Origin: a virus
Lineage: Duplodnaviria > Caudoviricetes
Reading direction: 5' to 3' (one strand)
Length of the DNA: 33,784 bases
Virus record (IMG/VR): IMGVR_UViG_3300020045_014749
Coordinates: 1 to 33,784 of that record
Shown: one piece after another, positions 1 to 7,318 of the stretch
How positions within the stretch are numbered: the stretch's first letter is position 1
Layout of the letters: each line of letters starts with the position of its first letter
The notes under the pieces: generated by a model
Seen by the model: only the letters and a program-made list of their open reading frames with translations
Databases searched by the model: none
Told to the model about the DNA's origin: nothing
Position numbers and translations under genes: made by a program

Positions 1-576
1 GCGGTTCAAAAAATAATCGATTGGTGCGGAAAGCCTCCAGCCGGTCAAAATCCAACGAAGGATATTAAAGACGTGCTCTCAGCGCTTGCTGTTTTTTCTG
101 CAACCCTGGTACCAGAAACACAACCTGCCTTGATTGAAACGGTCACCAGCGCGGCGGATTTATACACGCGCGATGAAACCAAACTGCTCACCGCCGGATT
201 CATCCTGGTCAGATACGACCGGGAAGCAAAAACAGTCCAGCGTACCTCCGCCAACTCCGCGGCGGGTTGGGCTCCGGCCGTATTATTCAATACCTACGCG
301 GCAGCGGAAAAGACCCTCAAGGATATGTTGAAAATCGACACCATTATCGAAGTCTCCCTGGAGGGCAAGGCCAACCTTACGACCTGCCGCCGGAAGCTGC
401 TTGCAGCTGGATTCGATTTTTATCGCTCCGAAGGTGTTATCCCTGGCCACGGCACTGTTCCGCGGATCAAGCAGGGGAGTAGTAATTGGTCAACCTGGGG
501 AAAATACGAACAACTATATGAACTGAAAAACGCCTGGGATGAGTTGATGACGGATGATAAGGCGCTGGAGGGGTAA
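1..576 (+). CDS. Hypothetical phage protein, 5'-truncated by the window
   Basis: The frame of ORF 73..576 is open back to base 1; no recognised motif. Confidence 0.6.
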   Translation, partial: AVQKIIDWCGKPPAGQNPTKDIKDVLSALAVFSATLVPETQPALIETVTSAADLYTRDETKLLTAGFILVRYDREAKTVQRTSANSAAGWAPAVLFNTYAAAEKTLKDMLKIDTIIEVSLEGKANLTTCRRKLLAAGFDFYRSEGVIPGHGTVPRIKQGSSNWSTWGKYEQLYELKNAWDELMTDDKALEG

Positions 577-578
577 TC

Positions 579-803
579 ATGGCCTGGATGAATATCACCT
601 GCAAGTGCGGACATACCGCTGATATCGATGATTTTTGCCGGACGCTGCTTTTCGGAGAGCTGCCGAAAGGGCAATTTCAGTGCCCCGGTTGTGGGGAAGC
701 GTGGAAGCGCGTGGAGAGTGAACATAGTATACTGCGGCACGGATCAGCGGCAACCATCATCGCCGGTCGGGTGGAGCTGGTGATGGTGGATAGTAGGTTT
801 TAA
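579..803 (+). CDS. Small Zn-ribbon protein
   Basis: CKCGH and CPGCG motifs; RBS GGAGGGG; its stop TAA lies in the 14-bp att core at 801. Confidence 0.7.
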   Translation: MAWMNITCKCGHTADIDDFCRTLLFGELPKGQFQCPGCGEAWKRVESEHSILRHGSAATIIAGRVELVMVDSRF

Positions 804-814
804 CTACTGATTAT
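801..814 (-). other. Second copy of the attI core (truncated attI-like site closing the array)
   Basis: TAACTACTGATTAT is identical to 2668-2681; the minus strand reads ATAATCAGTAG/TTAAAAC. Confidence 0.75.
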
Positions 815-833
815 ATTTCGTAGGAGCGTGGAT

Positions 834-1004
834 ATGCTAGTAAAAATCAATCAGACGGTGGCAGTCCTGACAATAGTAATGTGGTTTTCCGTGACCATGA
901 ACCCCAACGAGTCCCGAATATGGGTGATGGCTCCGACTATGTGCCTACTAGCTGTATCCTTCGCCACGCTGATAATCACAACTCTAATCAGGATATGGAG
1001 ATAG
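834..1004 (+). CDS. Small membrane protein (56 aa), distal cassette gene 1
   Basis: Not in the ORF track. AGGAG RBS then ATG 834: MLVKINQTVAVLTIVMWFSVTMNPNESRIWVMAPTMCLLAVSFATLIITTLIRIWR, with two hydrophobic segments. Confidence 0.6.
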   Translation: MLVKINQTVAVLTIVMWFSVTMNPNESRIWVMAPTMCLLAVSFATLIITTLIRIWR

Positions 1005-1009
1005 TCATA

Positions 1010-1264
1010 ATGAGACAGACATTTGAAAACTGGTATTCAGATGGTGGCAAATTCCCGCGAGCAATTGAGCGCGATGGCGAGGGGTACAGGCTGAAACATG
1101 CTCATGATTCGTGGACATCGTGGAAAGTAGCTGCCGCAATAACCGCCGCGAGCTGCGCTGAAATTGCCAAAACATGGGCGAACAAGACCACGGATAATGT
1201 CAATCGGGCGCGGTATCTCGAAATAGAGAAAGCAATCAAGGGGAAATTTGGCTTAGAACTATAA
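1010..1264 (+). CDS. Hypothetical protein (84 aa), distal cassette gene 2
   Basis: GGAG RBS before ATG 1010 (MRQTFENWY...); its stop TAA is part of the attC R box. Confidence 0.7.
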   Translation: MRQTFENWYSDGGKFPRAIERDGEGYRLKHAHDSWTSWKVAAAITAASCAEIAKTWANKTTDNVNRARYLEIEKAIKGKFGLEL

Positions 1265-1321
1265 CGACTAAGCGCACCGGCAAGCGGAGCGCAGACCGTG
1301 TGCCGCGACTGGTTACAAATC
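1256..1321 (-). other. attC recombination site
   Basis: Minus strand: TTGTAAC-CAGTC-GCG[G]CAC[A]CGG...CCGGTGCGC-TTAGTC-GTTATAG. It has 5/6-nt spacers and two extrahelical bases in the first arm, the canonical attC geometry. Confidence 0.85.
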
Positions 1322-1354
1322 GGTAGCGGCCACGAAGATAAAAAAGGGGGCATC

Positions 1355-1633
1355 ATGAGTCAAAGGGGTGAAGATTGGAAAGCGTTTGCAGAACAGGTAA
1401 ACAGCCACATTGAGGAATACACCGTTCCGCAGTATGGCGACAAGGGCGAAGATCAGGCCAGCGAGTACGGTTCTGCCGAGCACGTCTTGCAGGCGAAACG
1501 CTATCTTGCCCGGTATGGCAAGAACAGTAGACCGGGGCAGGAAGTGCTTGACCTGATAAAAACTGCCCATTACTGCCAGATGGCGGCAATGGAACTAACA
1601 AAAGAACTGGAGGCCGGAAATGTTACTTGTTAA
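1355..1633 (+). CDS. Hypothetical protein, possibly DUF3310/T7 gp1.7-like (middle cassette gene 1)
   Basis: RBS AAGGGGG before ATG 1355; KRYLARYGKN...DLIKTAHY resembles the KY-x2-R-x-G-x-K...DL-x-KA-x2-Y pattern. Confidence 0.5.
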   Translation: MSQRGEDWKAFAEQVNSHIEEYTVPQYGDKGEDQASEYGSAEHVLQAKRYLARYGKNSRPGQEVLDLIKTAHYCQMAAMELTKELEAGNVTC

Positions 1634-2270
1634 ACCTTCTGCGGAAATACTGGCGGTTAGCCTCAGCGCCTTGCAACTGATTGAATACGCTGGCCGGACT
1701 TGCTACAAGAGCGAGGACAAAATCACTGAGGACAGCGCCCCGATTTTCGCGGCCATGATCCTGAAACGTGGTCATGAATCGGTTGTTGAGCACGCTTCCG
1801 CCACTGTCCGCTTTATCTGCGACCGGGGCGTGACACATGAGATCGTTCGTCATCGTCTGGCCAGCTACAGTCAGGAGAGCACGCGGTATTGCGATTACAA
1901 GGGCGGGCATGTCTCGTACATCATTCCACCCTGGACCAGCTACACCGAAGGCGAGTACACGAACGATACTCATATTCTGACCGGCGACTTTGCGGAAACC
2001 ATGTGGGCGAAAAACTGCCTTGAGATTGAGCAGCTTTACCGGAATCTGCGGGAAGCGGGATGGAAGCCGGAACAAGCCCGGTCTGTGCTGCCGAACAGCC
2101 TGAAAACTGAAATTGTGATGACGGCAAATCTCCGCGAATGGCGGCACTTCTTCAAGCTCCGCACATCTGCGGCGGCGCATCCTCAAATGAGGGAAGTGGC
2201 AACGCCGCTACTTCTGGCAATGAAAGGGCGCGTTCCGGTTTTGTTTGACGATCTGGCAAGAGATTTGTAA
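1620..2270 (+). CDS. thyX: FAD-dependent thymidylate synthase (middle cassette gene 2)
   Basis: GHESVVEH, RHRLASYSQESTRY (ThyX motif), EQARSVLP, NLREWRHFFKLR, AHPQMR. Confidence 0.96.
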   Translation: MLLVKPSAEILAVSLSALQLIEYAGRTCYKSEDKITEDSAPIFAAMILKRGHESVVEHASATVRFICDRGVTHEIVRHRLASYSQESTRYCDYKGGHVSYIIPPWTSYTEGEYTNDTHILTGDFAETMWAKNCLEIEQLYRNLREAGWKPEQARSVLPNSLKTEIVMTANLREWRHFFKLRTSAAAHPQMREVATPLLLAMKGRVPVLFDDLARDL

Positions 2271-2318
2271 CGGGCCGCTGGTGTGCGGCTTGTCCGCACC
2301 GGCAGCTTGTTATGATGC
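2262..2318 (-). other. attC recombination site
   Basis: Minus strand: TCATAAC-AAGCT-GCCGGTGCGG-ACAAG-CCGCACACCAGC-GGCCC-GTTACAA, an imperfect hairpin bounded by AAC/GTT; bulge pattern less canonical than at 1256-1321. Confidence 0.78.
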
Positions 2319-2342
2319 GTCGGTGCCACGGAGGGACGAGGG

Positions 2343-2657
2343 ATGAACCCAACACAGAAACCAGATCGACCTTGGCTGGAATACCCTATCGGTACAAAAG
2401 CATTCGCTATCAACGGCGGTCACTGGACAAAAACGGCGCGAGGGTGGAAATGGTGTACTGGTGCAACTTTTCCGACTCCGGGCGGTGACGCCTATCGGGT
2501 TCAGTTGCCGGACGAGGGAACGGTGCAAAACGGTGTCGTTTCGAGGCAAGTTGAGTGTACCGGATGTGGCCAAGAGTTTGAGGATTTGCATCTGGTCGGA
2601 GAAACACCGGATGACATGCCGTGGTGCGATGGCTGCATAAGCACGATGGAGCCATAG
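2343..2657 (+). CDS. Hypothetical protein with C-terminal CxxC...CxxC (attI-proximal cassette)
   Basis: RBS GGAGG/GAGG; Trp-rich N-terminus; CTGC and CDGC. Confidence 0.65.
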   Translation: MNPTQKPDRPWLEYPIGTKAFAINGGHWTKTARGWKWCTGATFPTPGGDAYRVQLPDEGTVQNGVVSRQVECTGCGQEFEDLHLVGETPDDMPWCDGCISTMEP

Positions 2658-2661
2658 GGAA

Positions 2662-2705
2662 GCATCATAACTACTGATTATCCCGCAACATTGCGTCTTA
2701 TCACG
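2662..2705 (-). other. attI site
   Basis: Minus strand GGGATAATCAGTAG/TTATGAT has TAA-N7-TTA spacing as in attI1 and lies about 40 bp before the intI start. Direct repeat TTATCCCG (2678) / TTATCACG (2698) may be an accessory binding site. Confidence 0.78.
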
Positions 2706-2719
2706 AAAGGAGGTTGGTC

Positions 2720-3805
2720 ATGGGAAGTCGTTGGAGTCAAAAACATTTTACTGCAAAAAGTCCCGATAACGCTCCGATCAAATCAAGCAAATTGACCGAT
2801 TTTGATGCATTGTTGCAAGCGATGCACCGTGAGATCCGCCTGGAACATCTGGCCACAAGTACGGAAGATTCATATTGTGGCTACGTGGCAGAATTTCTGG
2901 ATTTCAAAGTCAAGCGGCATTCGATGTTGACCGATGAAGCCGCTATCCGTGAATTTTTAACCTATGCCGCCATGGAAAAGCATGTTGCCGCTTCAACCCA
3001 AAATGTCATGCTGAATGCCCTTCTCTATTTCTACGGCAAAATTCTGCATCACGACGTGGGTTTGATCGATGCGCCGCGGGCCCGGAAACCGAAACGCATT
3101 CCCGTGGTGTTTTCTGAAGATGAGGTAAAACGAATCTTGGCCGAATTGTCGAATCCGTACCTATTGGCGGCAGACCTCATGTACGGCGACGGATTGCGCG
3201 TCGAAGTGGATTGTCTGACCCTTCGCGTCAAGGATATTGATTTCGGCCAGGAGATGATCATATTGCAGGCAAGCAAGGCTCTGAACGCTCGTACCCTGCC
3301 ATTGCCGAAACACGATATCGAGCCGTTACGCGCCCAGCTCGAACATGCCAAACGATTATGGGAACGCGACCTGACAGATGGGTGGGGCGCGGTGTATATG
3401 CCGGATGCCCTCGCGATAAAATATCCGAACGCGGCAAAGTCGTGGGCGTGGCAATGGGTATTTCCGGCTGGATCCCGGTGGGTGGACAAGAAAACCGGCC
3501 AGCAAGGCCGTTGGCATCTCGATGTGTCATTGATGCAAAAAGCGTTTAAGGCGGCAATGACCCGGGCTCAAATCTACAAACATGCGGGACCGCATTCCCT
3601 GCGCCATTCGTTTTGCACTCATTTGATCGAGGCCGGTGAGGATGTCAGATTTATCCAGGAGTTGATGGGACACCGGGAGTTGAAAACAACGCAAGGCTAC
3701 GCACATGTTGCCAAGACCCACTTCCGGAAATTGGTGACGCCGATTGATCGCCTGTTCGGCCTGGGTGGTACAATCTGCCCTCATTGCGGCGGGGCCTTGG
3801 CATGA
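2720..3805 (+). CDS. intI: Integron integrase (IntI-type tyrosine recombinase)
   Basis: AAAGGAGG RBS; VAASTQNVMLNALLYFY; R (GLRVE), K, HSLRH, LMGH, TTQGY; IntI-specific insertion WERDLTDGWGAVYMPDALAIKYPNAAKSWAWQWVFP. Confidence 0.92.
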   Translation: MGSRWSQKHFTAKSPDNAPIKSSKLTDFDALLQAMHREIRLEHLATSTEDSYCGYVAEFLDFKVKRHSMLTDEAAIREFLTYAAMEKHVAASTQNVMLNALLYFYGKILHHDVGLIDAPRARKPKRIPVVFSEDEVKRILAELSNPYLLAADLMYGDGLRVEVDCLTLRVKDIDFGQEMIILQASKALNARTLPLPKHDIEPLRAQLEHAKRLWERDLTDGWGAVYMPDALAIKYPNAAKSWAWQWVFPAGSRWVDKKTGQQGRWHLDVSLMQKAFKAAMTRAQIYKHAGPHSLRHSFCTHLIEAGEDVRFIQELMGHRELKTTQGYAHVAKTHFRKLVTPIDRLFGLGGTICPHCGGALA

Positions 3806-4503
3806 CCACCCCCGAAACCGACATAACCGCCACCCTAGACCAGGAAGAACAGCGCCTCCTCGCACATCGTGATGGCTGCCTGGATCTGGCCAAGCGCAAA
3901 CCGACCGGCGCCAACCTCAAGAGCCTGAAAAAGGCCGAAGCCCTCCTGGGTGACTTCCGATCGGCGCGCTATGAAACCTCCGGCGAAACCACCTTCGCCT
4001 CACTGATGGATGTCGTCACTCACCTGGATACCGCCGGGTGGAAGATCAGCAAGAGCTCCGCCTATGAGCATAAGGACGAAGGCAAGATCCGCCCCGGCGT
4101 TGATGGCAAATACACCCTGTCCGCCGTCCAGGAATACGCCCGGCAACATCTGCAGCGCAAAGACGGCAGCAGCCCGACCACCGCCAACCTGCAGGAAGAT
4201 AAACTACGCGGCCATATCCGGCAGATATCCGCCGATGCCGAAATGCGCGAACTCAAACTGCAGGAACGCCGCGGCGAACTGATCCCCCGCGAGCATGTCG
4301 AGGTTGAACTTGCCGCCCGTGCCGGCGATCTCAAGACGCACCTGGACGCCTCCGCCCGCAGCTCCGCCACCCGCATCATCAAACTGGTGGGGGGCGATGT
4401 CCAGAAAGCCCCCGAGCTGATCGGCTTCCTGCTCGGCATCAACCGCAAAGTGATGGACAACTATTCCCGGCCGATACAGGGGCCGGATGAGGAGGAAGAG
4501 TGA
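3802..4503 (+). CDS. Terminase small subunit (Nu1-like)
   Basis: HTH-like segment, coiled coil with ELKLQERRGELIPREHV; upstream of the large subunit; ATGA overlap with intI. Confidence 0.75.
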   Translation: MTTPETDITATLDQEEQRLLAHRDGCLDLAKRKPTGANLKSLKKAEALLGDFRSARYETSGETTFASLMDVVTHLDTAGWKISKSSAYEHKDEGKIRPGVDGKYTLSAVQEYARQHLQRKDGSSPTTANLQEDKLRGHIRQISADAEMRELKLQERRGELIPREHVEVELAARAGDLKTHLDASARSSATRIIKLVGGDVQKAPELIGFLLGINRKVMDNYSRPIQGPDEEEE

Positions 4504-4712
4504 TTATAGTAAAAACGCTTAAATATCCGGACCGTGTTGCCAAGTTTATCGAGATCCAAGCGTTCGATTCTATTTTTCGGGTTAGTGTCTGGTCCCGCTT
4601 TTCGCTTTTACCGTGGGAATGGGTTGCTTTCCGTAATTCATTTCCCAATATTCCTTTTTGTGGTTGGCAACTCGATATTTTGTGTTTTTCTGTGGCCAGA
4701 AAACTAAATTAA
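4500..4712 (+). CDS. AT-rich small hypothetical protein (moron-like)
   Basis: GTGA overlap with the terS stop; fills the gap to terL; visibly AT-richer than its neighbours. Confidence 0.5.
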   Translation: MIIVKTLKYPDRVAKFIEIQAFDSIFRVSVWSRFSLLPWEWVAFRNSFPNIPFCGWQLDILCFSVARKLN

Positions 4713-4714
4713 CA

Positions 4715-6661
4715 ATGCCTGCCACCGCCCATGACATAGCTGTCGATTACTCCTGGCTCCCCCCCGCCCCTCCGCGCAGCTATCGCCTCTACCCCGGCGA
4801 GCTCCTGGCCTATCGCGCCGGCAGCGGCAAGGTCGGCAGCGCCTGGGCGCAAGGCAACCGTTATGTCCATGTCTCACCGCTCCCCGGCCCGTGGGATAAC
4901 GACGTCGCCCCGCACCTGGTCGATATCATGGACACCTTCAGCCGGGAGGATTTCCAGCACGGCACCATCTGCGGCGGCTCCCAGGGGGGCAAAACCGATG
5001 TGCTGCACAACTGCCTCGGCACGGTCTCCAACGAGGCCCCCGGCCCGGCGCTGCTGGTCATGCAGGACCAGGCCACCGGGGGCGACACCATTACCGACCG
5101 CCTGATTCCAATGTTCCGGGATACTCCCTCCCTGCGCAAGCTGCGGACCAAAAACCCGGATGACATGGGCAAGCAGCGGATCCGCCTCAAAAACGGCATG
5201 ACGATCTACCTCGCCTGGTCAAACTCCGAAGGGCGTCTGGCCTCAAAACCGGTCCGCTACCTGATCCGGGATGAAATCGACCTCTGGCCGCTGTCCGCCC
5301 TCAAAAAATCATGGGCCCGCACCCGGGCGTACAAACACTCCCGCAAGATCATGGACGCCTGCACCGCCTCCACCGTGGACGGCCCCGTCTGGAAAGCGCA
5401 GTTCCACGCCCAGGAAGTGCGCGAATTCTACGCCGTCTGTCCCCATTGCGGCCACGAGCAAACCCTCAAATTCTCCGGCATCCGCTGGGCCGACGGCGTT
5501 GTCGATCCGCAGGCGCTCTCGAACAGCGGTTCCGCCTGGTATGAGTGCGAAGAGTGCCAGGGCAAATGGGACGAAGACGATCGGGACGACGCCGTCCTGG
5601 CCGGCAGCAAGCGTAATCAGAAAGGGTGGAAGCGCCGTGACGACAAGATCGTCCACCTGCGCCCCTCCTCGGTCTGGTGGCACGTCCCGCCGATGCTGTC
5701 GCAGTTCGTTTTCTTCAACGAGATCGCCCAGGCGTATCTGCTCACCCTCAGCGAGCCGACCGTCGAAAACCTGCGCTATTTCTACAACGACTGCCTCGGT
5801 CTCCCGCTGCCGGAAGATGCCGAGGGCGAAACCATCAAAGAAAAGGACCTCTATGAGCGCCGCGAGTATTACTCCCCCAAAGATGAACCGGCAAAGTGGC
5901 GCGTTCCGATGCAGGCCTGCGTCATCACCGCCGATGCCGACGTGCAAAGCAACCGCCTGGAATGCGAGGTCGTTGCCTGGGGTCCTGGCCATGAATCGTG
6001 GGGCATTGAATACAAGGTTTTCCACGGCGACACCACAAAGGACGAGGTATGGGACCAGCTGCACGACTGGGCGTCATCGATCACCTGGCGACATGAGTCC
6101 GGCGCCGAACTGCCGATCGCAAAAATGGGCGTTGACCTCGGCTACCGCTCCGACATGGTTGCCCGGTTCGTGCGCCGGTCCCGTCGCTACCTGGCGCACA
6201 AAGGCTCCAATAACAGCAGTGCCCCGCTAGTCCCGCGCAAGCCGAGCAGGAGCCCGAAATACAAGGTCGCGTTTTACGAGCTGGGCGTTTCCAGCGGCAA
6301 GGACAGTCTCTTCACCTGGTTAAACAATGAGCCGGGCGGGGCGCGATCGTGCCACTTCCCCATGTTTTTCGGGTACGACTTCGAATACTTCCGCATGCTC
6401 TGTGCTGAGCACGCCGTCAAAGAGAAGAACCGCCGGACGGGCAAGATGGAAACCGTCTGGAAGATCCGCCCCGGCTTCATCCGCAATGAGGCCCTGGACG
6501 TGAGAGTCGGCAACATGGCGGTGAGGGAGATACTGAATCCGAATTATGAAGTCAGAAGCAAAGAACTGCTCAGTCAGGCCCAATACAAGGCCCTTGGCCA
6601 AACCGTCCCGCAACCGAAAAAAACACGCAGAATATACAGCCAGGGGGTATCAGGTGAGTAA
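4715..6661 (+). CDS. Terminase large subunit, lambda GpA family
   Basis: Walker A-like GGSQGGKT, Walker B IRDEID, CPHCG...CEEC, ADVQSNRLE, VDLGY, RNEALDVRVG. Confidence 0.93.
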   Translation: MPATAHDIAVDYSWLPPAPPRSYRLYPGELLAYRAGSGKVGSAWAQGNRYVHVSPLPGPWDNDVAPHLVDIMDTFSREDFQHGTICGGSQGGKTDVLHNCLGTVSNEAPGPALLVMQDQATGGDTITDRLIPMFRDTPSLRKLRTKNPDDMGKQRIRLKNGMTIYLAWSNSEGRLASKPVRYLIRDEIDLWPLSALKKSWARTRAYKHSRKIMDACTASTVDGPVWKAQFHAQEVREFYAVCPHCGHEQTLKFSGIRWADGVVDPQALSNSGSAWYECEECQGKWDEDDRDDAVLAGSKRNQKGWKRRDDKIVHLRPSSVWWHVPPMLSQFVFFNEIAQAYLLTLSEPTVENLRYFYNDCLGLPLPEDAEGETIKEKDLYERREYYSPKDEPAKWRVPMQACVITADADVQSNRLECEVVAWGPGHESWGIEYKVFHGDTTKDEVWDQLHDWASSITWRHESGAELPIAKMGVDLGYRSDMVARFVRRSRRYLAHKGSNNSSAPLVPRKPSRSPKYKVAFYELGVSSGKDSLFTWLNNEPGGARSCHFPMFFGYDFEYFRMLCAEHAVKEKNRRTGKMETVWKIRPGFIRNEALDVRVGNMAVREILNPNYEVRSKELLSQAQYKALGQTVPQPKKTRRIYSQGVSGE

Positions 6662-6938
6662 TAAACAAGCGGAAAAAATCAGCAGGGGCGACATTGAGGC
6701 GCTGAAAAGAACTATCATCCTGGCCAACACACTGTTCCGCCCGCCCCGTGCCGCGGAGCTGCTCCAGATATCGGTCCGGACGCTTTACCGCCTGGATGAA
6801 GAGGGGCATATCCGGTCACAGCCGCTGCGTCCCGGCCAGATGAAGGGAAAGCGCTACTCGCTCCAGGCGATCGAAGATTACCGCCGCCTGGTATTGGGAG
6901 ACGACTTCGCCCCACTCGATCTCCCTTTGAATATCTAG
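6654..6938 (+). CDS. Winged-helix/excisionase-like DNA-binding protein, candidate late activator
   Basis: FRPPRAAELLQISVRTLYRLDEEGHI (HTH_17-like); GTG start overlapping the terL end. Confidence 0.75.
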   Translation: MSNKQAEKISRGDIEALKRTIILANTLFRPPRAAELLQISVRTLYRLDEEGHIRSQPLRPGQMKGKRYSLQAIEDYRRLVLGDDFAPLDLPLNI

Positions 6939-6980
6939 CCACTATATTTAGTGCAAACTATTTTCAAAACCACAACATTT

Positions 6981-7043
6981 TGTGTCAGAATGCGTCAGAA
7001 TGTGCCAGAAGTGATTCCCGCCCCATAAAATACCCTCTATAAT
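6981..7043 (+). promoter_or_regulatory. Probable late promoter with three 10-bp direct repeats
   Basis: TGTGTCAGAA-TGCGTCAGAA-TGTGCCAGAA (6981-7010), TATAAT at 7038-7043, no good -35. Confidence 0.6.
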
Positions 7044-7061
7044 CCCGGCCATAATTAAAAC

Positions 7062-7086
7062 GTAGGGGCGCGGTCTTGACCCGCCC
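7062..7086 (+). repeat. GTAG-type REP-like palindrome, copy 1
   Basis: GTAGGGGCGCGGTCTTGACCCGCCC. Confidence 0.65.
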
Positions 7087-7099
7087 GCCGAGGTTTTAC

Positions 7100-7318
7100 A
7101 TGGCCGGGATTGATCTCACAACCGCACAAGCAAAACTCGACCAATACCTCGCCGCAGAGACCAAAGTCCTTGCCGGCCAAAAAATCGAGATTGACGGCAC
7201 CGTATTCACCCGTGCTGATCTGGCGGCAATCCAGAACGGCATAACCATCTGGAACAAGCGCGTGCAGCAGGCCTCCCGTGGTTGCATCCCGGTCCGTCGC
7301 CTGCAGGTGATGGATTGA
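7100..7318 (+). CDS. Head-to-tail joining protein (gpW-like)
   Basis: Small ORF before the portal; YLAAETKVLAGQKIEIDG...TRADL. Confidence 0.8.
   Translation: MAGIDLTTAQAKLDQYLAAETKVLAGQKIEIDGTVFTRADLAAIQNGITIWNKRVQQASRGCIPVRRLQVMD

Larger units (their letters stand above)
801..3805. mobile_element. Phage-borne integron (intI + attI + 3 cassettes)
   Basis: IntI-specific insertion in the recombinase, attI-like core, two attC hairpins, cassette ends that are reverse complements. Confidence 0.88.

Noticed and set aside
1-800. Further cassettes upstream of 801
   Set aside because: No attC hairpin and no TTAAAACC partner end seen in this stretch; sequence beyond the window is unknown
881-1264. 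127-aa ORF as listed in the track
   Set aside because: Better explained by 834-1004 plus 1010-1264, each with its own RBS
2682-2719. LexA box or dedicated promoter for intI
   Set aside because: No CTGT-N8-ACAG or clear -35/-10 seen in the short gap; the host LexA motif is unknown
2720-3805. Tyrosine recombinase as the phage integration enzyme
   Set aside because: It has the IntI-specific insertion and adjacent att/cassette structure, while a serine integrase with an att region sits in the lysogeny module
4891-4900. GTGGGATAAC as partner end for TTATCCCG after attI, making intI-terS a cassette
   Set aside because: It lies inside the terminase coding sequence with no attC hairpin; likely chance
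6981-7010. CRISPR-like array
   Set aside because: Only 10-bp tandem units with no spacers and no cas genes
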